Source: an uncultured Planctomycetia bacterium (lineage in GTDB: Bacteria > Omnitrophota > Gorgyraeia > Tantalellales > Tantalellaceae). Taken from it: DNA of 64,000 nt. The position numbers and the translations under genes are program-made. Below the pieces are notes generated by a model. It searched no databases. It worked only from the letters and a program-made list of their open reading frames with translations, and was not told the origin of the DNA. Position 1 is the first letter of the stretch. Every line of letters begins with the position of its first letter. The stretch lies in the NCBI GenBank assembly GCA_964572255.1, contig CAZNEE010000006.1:11775-75774 (forward strand). The letters run 5' to 3'. Below are positions 19,589 to 29,100 of the stretch, piece after piece.

Positions 19589-19692
19589 CATGAGTGTTAG
19601 GAAATACTCGAGAACAGATCTAATTATAGATCACCTTCCAAGTTCCCATAGCTTTCCTCTTTAGTATATCCGTTCCAGATCTGGATATAACA

Positions 19693-22600
19693 TTATAATG
19701 CACGCAGTACTGCCAAGCGTGCTTTTCTGAATTCTCTAAGTTCTTCGTAATCTATCTTCTTTATCTTAAACACTTCTATCCCGGACATGAATCTTTTAAG
19801 ATCCTGCCAGCCCAGTTGTTCAAACTTCTCCATGTCCCCACTTAATAGTCCAAAATAATCCAAAGCCATCCTTACCAGCGATGGGACATCCCCCACCCTG
19901 TCCAATTCAGCCAATATTACACCGAGCTCCATCAAAAGGTCGTGTTCAAGCCACTGGCCCGGCTCGAGTTTTTCATGTCTTATGACAGCCGCTACATCAG
20001 GATCTTTAACATAGTTAGCAGCTTCCTCCGGGGTCATGGTCTCATCGTCAATAATTACAAGTCTCGGATTTAAATTGTTCTCTTGAGCTTCTCTGAATGC
20101 CTCCCAGTTCTTGGCTTCGGCTGAAGCTTCTGCCCTGCTTTCAGTATCGCCTTCCCTGAAAAAGAACACTTTTACATTAACGCCTATTTCCCGCATCAAA
20201 ATACCCGAAGCTTTAGTGGCAATTCCTTTGTGTGTAGATATCTCCAGATCATACTGATCGGCGGGAAGTCCCACTACCAGCGCTGTCGGCGGAAGGTTTC
20301 TTGGTACGTGATCTTTAAAATCGCGTTCCTGAGCGATCTCCAGTTTCTGCTGGACAAAATTATAGAACTTGTTGCCCGGATCCGAAACATGTTCCGGTTC
20401 CAGATTTTCCAGCTCGGGACCCGTCATAACAAGATCGCCAAAAAACCTGTTAAGTTCTGTCAGCGCATCATAATCGTTATCTATCATCTCAAGATGCTTC
20501 ACCATTGCGTGTTCCAGTCTAAAATTTTCGCTCGCCTCCAGCTGTTCAGCCCTTAAAGCATTTACAAGTATGATATCCTTCTCGAGATACCCTTCACTTA
20601 AAGGCCTTATGGGATTGTTATTAAGAAATACAACGAGCGTATCTTCTTCAACGAAACTCTGCGCTGTTGCCACATAACCCAGATCTACTTCATAGATCTT
20701 GACCTCCTTTATTTGATATTCGGGGTTTTGCAGCCTCTCGACCAGATCCCTGGCCATCGCCTCGTCTATCCCAACTTTTTGAAGCCTTTCGATGACTTCT
20801 GCGCTGGAATACTCAGGAAACCCCTCATTTAAAGCTACCTCAAGTTTTTGTCCCATTCTTACGATCAGCTCATTTGCCCTGTCAATCACTGCCTCTATTC
20901 TTTCCTCTTCTACATCAACAGGCTTGGCCACCCCGGTATCCCTCAAGTCTTTCAGCTGATCTCGGGTTAACCTCGTCGCGATATCGATGCCCGGGATTTT
21001 GTCGGCCACTGCTTCCTTAGAAAGACGCTCGGCGGTTTCGAGCTGATCCTCAAAACTCTTAAATAGATCTCTTCTTCCCGCCAGGGCTTCGCGTTCTTCG
21101 GGCGTGCTCTCCGCCAAAGATTTTTCCCGGAGCGGAGTCTCGCGCAATTTTTCGGCCAGCTGCACATATTCGTTAGATTCACCCATGGCTATATGTTCCA
21201 CCAGCCTGCTCAAAGCATCATCATATGTGAAGTTCCCCACAGCCCCATGAATGATATGCCGCACTATTCTTTCCTCGTTTATTGTCCCGTCCTTATTCAA
21301 GACAGTAGCTTTATTTATCTGTATGCCCTTACCTCCGGGATGTTCACCGAATAATATCGGCATCTCCCCTTCAGTGATCAGGAAAATTCCCTTGGTCACG
21401 CCTTCTTCCACCCAAACCCCATCGCGTAAATTTTCCAACATCCCTATCACTCTATCGAATTCCCCCGCTTGATCGCCGAGCTGATTTTGCAGATCCTGCA
21501 ATCTTGTTATTGCTACATTTATATGTACATCCCCGACATTTTCTCTGCCGGCGGCAGCTTCGATGCTTGCGTCTACCTGTTCCTGGTGCACGAATTCTAT
21601 CACATCTTCAGCCGTCAAAGTTATTGACGGATCATCTTTCTTCGGCATCAGACCAAAAGCTTCATTTATATCCACAAAGTATTCGCCTTCTGCATCGGCG
21701 TATTTAAGCCCTATATTATATCCGCGCGCGACAAGTTCCCTCATCATTACAGCCACTTTAAAAGCATCAGTACCTGTTCTTCCCCACACTTCTTCCGCCA
21801 GCCCCTTAGATAAGTGGCTCGCTACCTGCAGCATCGAAGCCTGCGCGATAACTGAACCTAAAATGCTCTGGAGCGAGGTTGTCTCCCCGGCCAACAGTTG
21901 AAAATAAGGACTTTCATATCCTTTAGCGCTTTTGAACTTAGGCATTACCGATACATATGAAACGCCTTTTTCTTCAAATAAGCGGCACAAGTTCTCAGTA
22001 TGAAATCCGCCCGTCATAAGGATCGCCGCTTCCATACCGCCCGGAATGCGGCTGTATTTCATGTTTTTGAGGAACACTTCATCCCTCATAAAGGAGAAAT
22101 CAAAAAACTTGGCAAGATCGTCCCTGTAAATATCCAGCCTGAAAATACTCTCGCTGGGCCTTGCCATTATCCTGTGTTTGGGAGCTTCTTTCTGTATAAA
22201 AGAGATAAAATTCTGTGCATCGAACGAACCTTTATTGTCCAGGTAATACTGATAATCCGTGCGGTTGAGTCTTATATCAAAAATGTTATTTAAAAGGATG
22301 AGGTTTTTCGACAAAAGACTCAGCGTGCGCTGTTCCTGGCTTGTGAAAACATCCTCTTTTATCACGCTTTCCAGATCATCCATCTCTTCTATCAGTTTGA
22401 AGCGGTCAACGGCTTCAAACGTGGAAACATAATCTATATAATTCCCCAGAGTCGGGAATTTTTTAATATCGATCCTGCTGCTTTCAGCCAGATCAAAAAG
22501 ATAATTATAAAACGCTTTTGAGGATATCTTTCTTGTCTTGAAATCAAGTGTTTTAGCGACAATATCTCTTATGGTCGCCCTTGAAGACTTTGCCTTAAGT

Positions 22601-23454
22601 TCATCTATGAGCATATTCCTTTCATCATTCGCTTTCTTGAAATCGACCAGCGCTTCCTTCTCCATCGACTGTTCAAGAAGATGAATATTCGGAAAATCCT
22701 CTATCTTTATACCGTGAGACCCCGCTGCTTCGATCAAAAACTCAAGGTATTCCCTGAACTCGATACTCTTGGTCTTATAAGCGCCGTAATTCATATCGAT
22801 CTTCAACAGCTCCGCATCATAAATGTGGCGTTTTAAATTATCGATAATATGGGAAAGTTCCTTCAGATATTTGTCTACCTCATCTTTATACTTCAGGGAA
22901 TCCCTGTACACTTTAAGGTTTGCCAAATAAAGGTTGCGGTCTTCAATCCCCCAAAGTTCGATCCTGCCGGGATTATTAGCGGCAAAGAACTCCGCCCCGT
23001 TGATCTCGCCCTTCTTAAGGAAATAATCAGCCACTTCCCGTCGTATCGCGCCGCCGGTGATGTTAGTGAATATAGAGAGATCATACTCGCCGACACCTCC
23101 CTCTAAATTGACCATTTTTACGCCGTATTCATTACTTAGATATTCGATGATACTCGCGATCTTGCTCTGAGCGTAATGGTTCGCGTGGGCATCCTGAATG
23201 TGGATAATAATACGACCGGGATCACCGGTAGATGAATATTTCACTTCACCCAGATGAGACGGCAATGTAAAAGTCTCGACACCGAGATTAGCAAAAGCCG
23301 GCAGTCCTTGATCAGCAATACCGACATCAAATTCTTCGGATTCGATCACTGCCTTGGAATCGGTCAGGATGAAAAATGAGAAAAAAGTAACCGTTAGAAT
23401 AGAACAGATCACTTTTTTCGTCCTTCTGTGTTTCAAAATATATTTGGCAAACAT
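19693..23454 (-). CDS. Giant-family paralog C (1253 aa). It has a signal peptide and the conserved N-module, followed by ~650 aa of unknown function.
   Basis: An uninterrupted ORF. The N-terminus MFAKYILKHRRTKKVICSILTVTFFSFFILTDSKA looks like a signal anchor. The N-module motifs IIIHIQDAHANHYAQSKIASIIEYL, NLEGGVGEYDL, LMTGGFHTENLC and PKFKSAKGYESPYFQLLAG are shared. The RBS is GGAGGT. Confidence 0.85.
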   Translation of the reverse strand: MFAKYILKHRRTKKVICSILTVTFFSFFILTDSKAVIESEEFDVGIADQGLPAFANLGVETFTLPSHLGEVKYSSTGDPGRIIIHIQDAHANHYAQSKIASIIEYLSNEYGVKMVNLEGGVGEYDLSIFTNITGGAIRREVADYFLKKGEINGAEFFAANNPGRIELWGIEDRNLYLANLKVYRDSLKYKDEVDKYLKELSHIIDNLKRHIYDAELLKIDMNYGAYKTKSIEFREYLEFLIEAAGSHGIKIEDFPNIHLLEQSMEKEALVDFKKANDERNMLIDELKAKSSRATIRDIVAKTLDFKTRKISSKAFYNYLFDLAESSRIDIKKFPTLGNYIDYVSTFEAVDRFKLIEEMDDLESVIKEDVFTSQEQRTLSLLSKNLILLNNIFDIRLNRTDYQYYLDNKGSFDAQNFISFIQKEAPKHRIMARPSESIFRLDIYRDDLAKFFDFSFMRDEVFLKNMKYSRIPGGMEAAILMTGGFHTENLCRLFEEKGVSYVSVMPKFKSAKGYESPYFQLLAGETTSLQSILGSVIAQASMLQVASHLSKGLAEEVWGRTGTDAFKVAVMMRELVARGYNIGLKYADAEGEYFVDINEAFGLMPKKDDPSITLTAEDVIEFVHQEQVDASIEAAAGRENVGDVHINVAITRLQDLQNQLGDQAGEFDRVIGMLENLRDGVWVEEGVTKGIFLITEGEMPILFGEHPGGKGIQINKATVLNKDGTINEERIVRHIIHGAVGNFTYDDALSRLVEHIAMGESNEYVQLAEKLRETPLREKSLAESTPEEREALAGRRDLFKSFEDQLETAERLSKEAVADKIPGIDIATRLTRDQLKDLRDTGVAKPVDVEEERIEAVIDRANELIVRMGQKLEVALNEGFPEYSSAEVIERLQKVGIDEAMARDLVERLQNPEYQIKEVKIYEVDLGYVATAQSFVEEDTLVVFLNNNPIRPLSEGYLEKDIILVNALRAEQLEASENFRLEHAMVKHLEMIDNDYDALTELNRFFGDLVMTGPELENLEPEHVSDPGNKFYNFVQQKLEIAQERDFKDHVPRNLPPTALVVGLPADQYDLEISTHKGIATKASGILMREIGVNVKVFFFREGDTESRAEASAEAKNWEAFREAQENNLNPRLVIIDDETMTPEEAANYVKDPDVAAVIRHEKLEPGQWLEHDLLMELGVILAELDRVGDVPSLVRMALDYFGLLSGDMEKFEQLGWQDLKRFMSGIEVFKIKKIDYEELREFRKARLAVLRAL

Positions 23455-23615
23455 GATATTACCTCCATTTTACAGTCTTTATAAAAGACCTAAATTATTA
23501 GGCAAAAAAAATTCTTTCTTCATCCTGCCATAGGACAAAGAAACATACACTCTTATCCACTATTCCTAATAAATAAGAATAATAAAATTATAACTTTACA
23601 TACATTTACAATTTT

Positions 23616-23668
23616 AGTATACCCTATATACAGAGAATAGACCATAAAATCAAGCTAAATTTTGTATG
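23616..23668 (-). promoter_or_regulatory. Putative promoter of paralog C. Box B (23647..23668) abuts a -35 ATGGTC (23645..23640), an 18 nt spacer and a -10 TATACT (23621..23616).
   Basis: The gene-sense sequence is GGCATACAAAATTTAGCTTGATTTT-ATGGTC-N18-TATACT. Box A (TTTTTTTTGCCTAAT) sits at ~23497-23515. Confidence 0.5.
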
Positions 23669-23803
23669 CCTTAACTATTGGTGCCTTATTTCCCGTCCAA
23701 ATCTATTTATATATATAGGAATCATAAAGATTTATGCCATAATGTAAAAAATAATTGCAATTTTTATTTTTTTTGAAATCTTTTTTGTAACTAGTGATAT
23801 TTA

Positions 23804-23833
23804 TTGACATTTTCACTATAAGTCGTGTATACT
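23804..23833 (+). promoter_or_regulatory. Sigma70-like promoter for the cold-shock gene.
   Basis: TTGACA is at 23804-23809, followed by an 18 nt spacer and TATACT at 23828-23833. This implies a ~150 nt 5' leader. Confidence 0.55.
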
Positions 23834-23914
23834 TACATAGTAACAACTGCTGAGGTTAGCAGTAGTAATATTAACACGTGGTAAATGGTAAATAAGGAGT
23901 AGGGATATCAAATC

Positions 23915-23949
23915 GCAAGGTTGAAAATCACTAACCTTGCTTTTTTTTT
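23915..23949 (+). promoter_or_regulatory. Intrinsic-terminator-like hairpin plus T9 inside the cold-shock gene leader. It is a candidate attenuator or a short leader RNA.
   Basis: The stem is GCAAGGTT / AACCTTGC (8 bp) with loop gaaaatcact, followed by ttttttttt. It sits ~40 nt upstream of the csp ATG. A second hairpin CTGCTgaggttAGCAG lies at ~23850-23866. Confidence 0.5.
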
Positions 23950-23990
23950 GATACTACACCATTTTCCACAGATCAAAGGAGGCAAGTGGT

Positions 23991-24188
23991 ATGCAAGGAG
24001 TAGTCAAATGGTTCAATAACTCAAAGGGTTACGGGTTTATTACTCCTGAATCAGGCAGCGATGTATTCGTACATTTCAGCGCGATCCAGGGTGAAGGCTA
24101 CAAATCCCTAAAAGAAGGAGACAAAGTCGAATTCGAAGTTAAAGATGGAGCCAAAGGTAAAGAAGCCATAAACGTAGTTAGAGTATAA
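23991..24188 (+). CDS. cspA: Cold-shock protein, CspA family (65 aa).
   Basis: [50 protein letters not shown] contains the RNP1 and RNP2 motifs (KGYGFI, VFVHF). The RBS is AAAGGAGG. Confidence 0.9.
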   Translation: MQGVVKWFNNSKGYGFITPESGSDVFVHFSAIQGEGYKSLKEGDKVEFEVKDGAKGKEAINVVRV

Positions 24189-24210
24189 CCTACGTAAAAA
24201 TAAAGCTACA

Positions 24211-24243
24211 AAAAAGCCCGGTTGAAAAACCGGGCTTTTTTTA
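24211..24243. terminator. Bidirectional rho-independent terminator between csp and the toxin-antitoxin operon.
   Basis: aaaaaAGCCCGGTTgaaaAACCGGGCTttttttt has an A-tract on one side and a T-tract on the other. Confidence 0.8.
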
Positions 24244-24260
24244 TGCTGAACTTATTTCAA

Positions 24261-24518
24261 TTAATCTCTGTAAACTTCCCTTCGATGCATCACTTTTAAA
24301 ATAAAAATACAGATTTTCTTATTGTCTATTTCATAGACAATACGGTAGTTGCCAGCCCTAAAAGAATATAATCCCTTAAGTTGAGCTTTTAAGGCTTTGC
24401 CAATAAGAGGATTAGAGGCTATTTCCAGGATAGCGCTTCCTATTTTCTCTTTTATTTTTTGAGGAAGTCTATCAATTTGCTTTTTCGCTTTGGAAGTTAT
24501 TAAGATATGATAATTCAC
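24261..24518 (-). CDS. relE: RelE/ParE-family toxin (85 aa).
   Basis: It is small and basic. LKGLYSFRAGNYRIVYEIDNKKICIFILKVMHRREVY is typical of RelE/StbE. It overlaps the upstream antitoxin gene by 4 nt. Confidence 0.7.
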   Translation of the reverse strand: MNYHILITSKAKKQIDRLPQKIKEKIGSAILEIASNPLIGKALKAQLKGLYSFRAGNYRIVYEIDNKKICIFILKVMHRREVYRD

Positions 24519-24796
24519 TTTTTCTTTGCCCTTTTGGATGTCTTCTTAAAAACTTCCTCAAACGTATAAACTTTTCCCTCTTTCAGTTCTTTTCTGGCTT
24601 CTTCAATATCCTTTATGGCCGCCTTATCGGAAATTATTTCTAAAGTCTCAAGCCATCCTTCGTATTCATCGATGCTCATTATTATAGCTTTGGGCTTGCC
24701 GTTCTTAGATATAATGAAATGCTGCATGGATTCATCCGCTTTCCTGATTATTTCTAATAAATGAGCCTTCGCCTCAGTCACCGTCATGCTTACCAT
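24515..24796 (-). CDS. yefM: Phd/YefM-family antitoxin (93 aa).
   Basis: VTEAKAHLLEIIRKADESMQHFIISKNGKPKAIIMSIDEYEGWLETLEI is Phd/YefM-like. The RBS is AAGGAGG, and the gene is coupled to the toxin by an ATGA overlap. Confidence 0.7.
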   Translation of the reverse strand: MVSMTVTEAKAHLLEIIRKADESMQHFIISKNGKPKAIIMSIDEYEGWLETLEIISDKAAIKDIEEARKELKEGKVYTFEEVFKKTSKRAKKK

Positions 24797-24837
24797 AAGA
24801 AACCTCCTTTAAAATGGTCATTATTCTAACCACTTTA

Positions 24838-24866
24838 ATTATAGCATAAAACAATCCTATTTTCAA
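24838..24866 (-). promoter_or_regulatory. Sigma70-like promoter of the toxin-antitoxin operon.
   Basis: In gene-sense orientation, TTGAAA (24866..24861) is followed by a 17 nt spacer and TATAAT (24843..24838). Confidence 0.45.
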
Positions 24867-25079
24867 GGTTCTACATGATATTTGAACCCCTATTAATTTA
24901 AGAATCTACATACACATATATAGACATAAAAAGAATGAAAATTCTTTCAACTTATTTTATTTTTATAATATTTAATGTCGGGGGCAGGTCTGAGTTTAAG
25001 TTAGGGTATGCTTCTAGGATTGACTTAAGGGACAGTTTTAGTTTTAAAAACGTCCCTGAAAAAGAAAAACGGTTTTATT

Positions 25080-25487
25080 TTATTTAAGTTTGGTTTTTAC
25101 ATTTGGAAGATTTAAAAAAAATAAAAGAAATATCCCTACATACCAACCAATTGAAAGTGGCAATTCTATTCTAAAAAGTAAAAAATCCTTTATCCCCTTG
25201 AGAAAATTTTGAGAAATCACTGTAACCGCCCAAACCATTTCTGCGCAAGCATACAATAAAAGACCTTTTCTGCCTATCGTTTTGAGCCTGAATAATAATA
25301 CAGCTGATAAAAAACCAATAGAAGTTGCTATAAAAAGTAACAAGATTATTAAAAATTGTATAGGCTGTTCCTTTATGCCTTGCACGCCAGATTGAATGAA
25401 CATAGTTATTGAAATAAGAGGAAGTGCTATTCGCCAAAGAATAAAGAAAACCAAAATAAAAGCTATTGTTTTTATTGTTTTATCCAT
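25080..25487 (-). CDS. Small 4-TM membrane protein (135 aa) immediately downstream of the YD-repeat giant gene. It is a candidate cognate immunity or accessory protein.
   Basis: It has four hydrophobic helices. Its position directly 3' of the giant gene's C-terminal peptidase-like domain follows the toxin/immunity gene-order convention. Confidence 0.5.
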   Translation of the reverse strand: MDKTIKTIAFILVFFILWRIALPLISITMFIQSGVQGIKEQPIQFLIILLLFIATSIGFLSAVLLFRLKTIGRKGLLLYACAEMVWAVTVISQNFLKGIKDFLLFRIELPLSIGWYVGIFLLFFLNLPNVKTKLK

Positions 25488-25589
25488 ATTAAACCTCTTT
25501 AAGTACTAGTTTATCAAAAATTATACGCTTTTCAATAGTTGATAAGTTTTTCCAAACTTCTCGGTAATTAATAATTACTTGTCAAAATA

Positions 25590-26130
25590 TTATTCTTCAT
25601 AAGCGCCTATAAATATTAAATCAGCAGGTATATCTTGTACATCAATGCCCCACTCCAACATAGTTCCCTTAATGTTTCCCGGGGAAACACGCCAATTGTC
25701 AGTGGTGACACCTGACAAAGGATGGCCGCTTTCCTTGAAAGCGTCGTGCACAAGTTCACTGCAAATTTTTGTATCGTTGTCATTATTGTTTATTCCAAAC
25801 AATCCAGCATAATTGTAAAGTGCTGATTTTTTAAATCGATTTGTATCTGGATTATAGCCATAAGTCACTTTAATCCAGTTAACAGCAGCCCTACCAGCAT
25901 TTTTATCGGAAGTAACTCTTCCTACTTTTATTACAGCATATCCTTCCAAATCTTTCCCGGCCCAGTCTTCGAAAGTGCGCCTTTTTATTCCACCTGGATT
26001 TATATCAATAGCCCATTTGTTGTTCTCCTCATCAACATCAAGAATAGCAGCATGGTTAACTTTTGAAACACTGAATAATCTTATCCCAAAACCTACGGGA
26101 TCAGCTCCTGCAACCATGAGAATATCACCA
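25590..26130 (-). other. C-terminal permuted papain-like cysteine peptidase/amidase domain of the YD-repeat protein.
   Basis: The order is His (VNHAAIL, codon ~26052-26054) before Cys (KICSELV, codon 25761-25763), the circularly permuted arrangement; I recall similar motifs from YiiX/DUF830-like enzymes. Confidence 0.45.
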
Positions 26131-29100
26131 GTTTGTCCTTTTTTAATAATCAAATCAATTGCTTGCGCCTTTTCCCACTTAAGCTCTTCTTCTGTTTTAA
26201 AACCCAGAATTTGTCCCCAACTGGACACCCGCTCAAGTTTATCTTTAAAATGTGTTGAATGTTTAGCCTCTAAATAAAGGTCTTCCAGAGTTTTTCCGTT
26301 GAATAGACTTTTTATGGTTTTGCTTGACTGTTCAGCTATCTTCAGATACTGTTGATAATCAGATTCATGTTTCTCTTTAAAAGCTTTATGGATGGAATCT
26401 AATTTAGTAGATGTCTGATCATGTATAGTATTTTTGCGCTCATTTACATTAAAACCGAGCAGATCTGTGTCTTCTCGAAAATCCTCATTGTTAGTTATAT
26501 TATTGTATGTATCTACCGCCCAATTTTTTGCTGCAGTTACCTTATCTTCCCAGAAATCATAAGCATATTTAACGTCATCGTAAATGCCTGACCAGAAATT
26601 CGCGCCGATGCTTGTTGGGTCGTTGAAATCGGGCCTGATGAAGTCGTAAACTGCGCCGGAAGCGGCGGAGTTCAGTGCAGCTGTATCGACCACTGATGCG
26701 AGCATGGCTCCTGTTGAATAAGTGAGAGACATTTTTGCTATCATTGCCTTGGTTACACCGGGCCCGAAACCATAATATCCGCCAGTTTTAAGCCAGTAAT
26801 AGTTCACAAATTCATCTATTAATTGTCTCCCCACTTCGGGATGTTTCATCTCATATTCCATTATCATCTTTATCCTGTCAACCAGCCGTCCTTGTCCAAA
26901 ACGGGCTCTATATCTAGACATTTCCCACGCTGTATTAATTCTTTTTGCTGTTCGAGTAATATATCCTTCTGCTTTTGCAAGTCCGGAGATAAAGAAGTTT
27001 GCTTCTCTGTTAAGATAGGTATCGGTGACTTTTCCCGCAATTTCCGGAGCCTTTTCCGCCACAAACGATAATCCTTTAACACCGATCTTAACTGCGCCCC
27101 ACGCTTTAAAAATAGCTCCTTCAAAACCTTCGCCTCTTTGGAATATTCCTTTAATCTTCGATACAATTCGCTCTTTGATAAACTGTTCCACTCTTTCATT
27201 AAAGAGTCGAAGTTTGCCGCTAATGTATCCACCCGCTCTATTGTATGCTTGAATGATCCTGTTAACGCTTTTGGATAATCCGCCTGAAAAGAAGGCTTGA
27301 TCCGCTTTAAGCGCCATATTCCGTATTTTAGCTGTAATTTTTCGACCAAAAGACCCATATAATTTACCTCCTATCTTAGATAGAAACGGTTTAGCTTTTC
27401 TCCAACCAAGTTTAGCGAATTTGATCGCTCCTGTCCCTACATAAGCAGCCGCGATATACTCGCCTATCTTGCGCCCGAGGATCCTTATACCGTATACCGC
27501 GTTTCTGGCATTCTTTGAATCCCTGAAAGCCGCCCAGATGTCTTTGCATTCACTTACTAACGCTCTCCACGTGCCGCCTAAGACTTCCTTGAACAATGAC
27601 CGTTCATCCGCGCTAAGTGCAGTATGGACCGCTTTTGCCAATAACACAGGCAGAACCGCTACTGCCGCGGCTGATTCAACGCCGGCTATCATACAGCCTT
27701 CAGTCATGCTTATTCTAAGAACGGTCTGCATCAAGCCATCAAAGGTGCTTATATCATCTACTATGCCGCCGGTCGCATTGCTGAGCTGTTTAGTTAAGCC
27801 TGATAAAAATATGCTTCTTGAACTTAACTCATATCCTTTTATGATGGCGTCATAAATAGGATCTAATTTTTCAGATATTGTATCACGTATGAAGTTTTCT
27901 TGCTCTATTTTTTCCGGTGTTAAAAGGTCTTTGGAAGAAACATTTATCGCCTCACCTTCCCCAATATCGACCAAAGTGTCTCTATCAGAAAAAGCTCTGC
28001 TGTTATATATCTCGAAAATACCTTCTACGGGTATAAGGGATCCGGCTTCCGTGAGCATGCATGTATTGCGGTTTACCTGCACAAAGTCCGGCGCATAGGA
28101 ATCCCCTATTGCCGGTGTCCATATCAGATCGTCAACTGCCCTCATTGTCTTATTAAGAATATTTCCTTTTTCCATGTCCTTGGTAACCGCTTCATTCGCC
28201 ATCCCGTCCGATAGGTTTACAACCGGCAGGAAAAGAGCGCTTCCGGAGCTAACTATGATATGATCTCCTGCAACTCCTATTTCAGACCCATTGAACAGGA
28301 ACAATTGCCGCGTGCTTCCTTCTTCGCCACCGGTAAAAAGCATAGCGCCGAACTTATCAACACCATTTATGTTAAAGAATTTATTGTCATCCACGATAAA
28401 AGATTCCCCTTCGAGCCTGATCCCGATAGAAAATGCTTCATATGAAATAGATTCATTGTCTCCGATCGAAGTGGAGGTATTAAGACCGAACTTTAAGCCC
28501 ATTTCCGCGGCAGGAAGTTCGCCTTTGATCCGAATATCTCCGTCTATCGGAAGAACGCTAAACTGGACTATATTTTTGCCGATTGGATAATAAAAGGTTG
28601 CGCCTACAAATTCTGACAGATCTCCGAATTTTACGGAATCGGGGTCAGCAATAAAATAATTCAGCACCATTTTACCTTCACCCGTCCGGTGTAGCGCCTT
28701 TGTGTCTCCGTTTGCAAGTCTGGCATAAAATGTCTCTTTTCTTGTTACACCGCCCTCTCCTTCCACTGTCCAGAACAGAAAACGCTTCTCTTTCGGATAT
28801 GTGTACTCGATCTTTTTGATGAGGCTTCCTTCGTTATCGTATATCCCTTCGGATACCAACCTCCCTTTGGGATCTACCACCTTATCAATATTACCGATAC
28901 TTCTAATCACATTTTCGAATCTCCGGCATTTTAAGGATAGATCAAGTTTATAAGTTCCGGATGAAACATCCACGGTGAAATTTGTGAATTTTCTCCCCGA
29001 GAGCCTGCTATGAATTTTCGAGTCTTCTCCTATGCGCAGTTTCGCCATGAGATGGGGTAGGGCTGCCAATACCTCGGATCTGATCTTCACATTTATAGTA

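Noticed and set aside
19142-19600. 152 aa plus-strand ORF spanning the paralog B start and the B/C intergenic region.
   Set aside because: It runs through the conserved promoter box and the 5' end of the giant gene on the opposite strand. It has no RBS and its composition looks like the translation of an AT-rich spacer.
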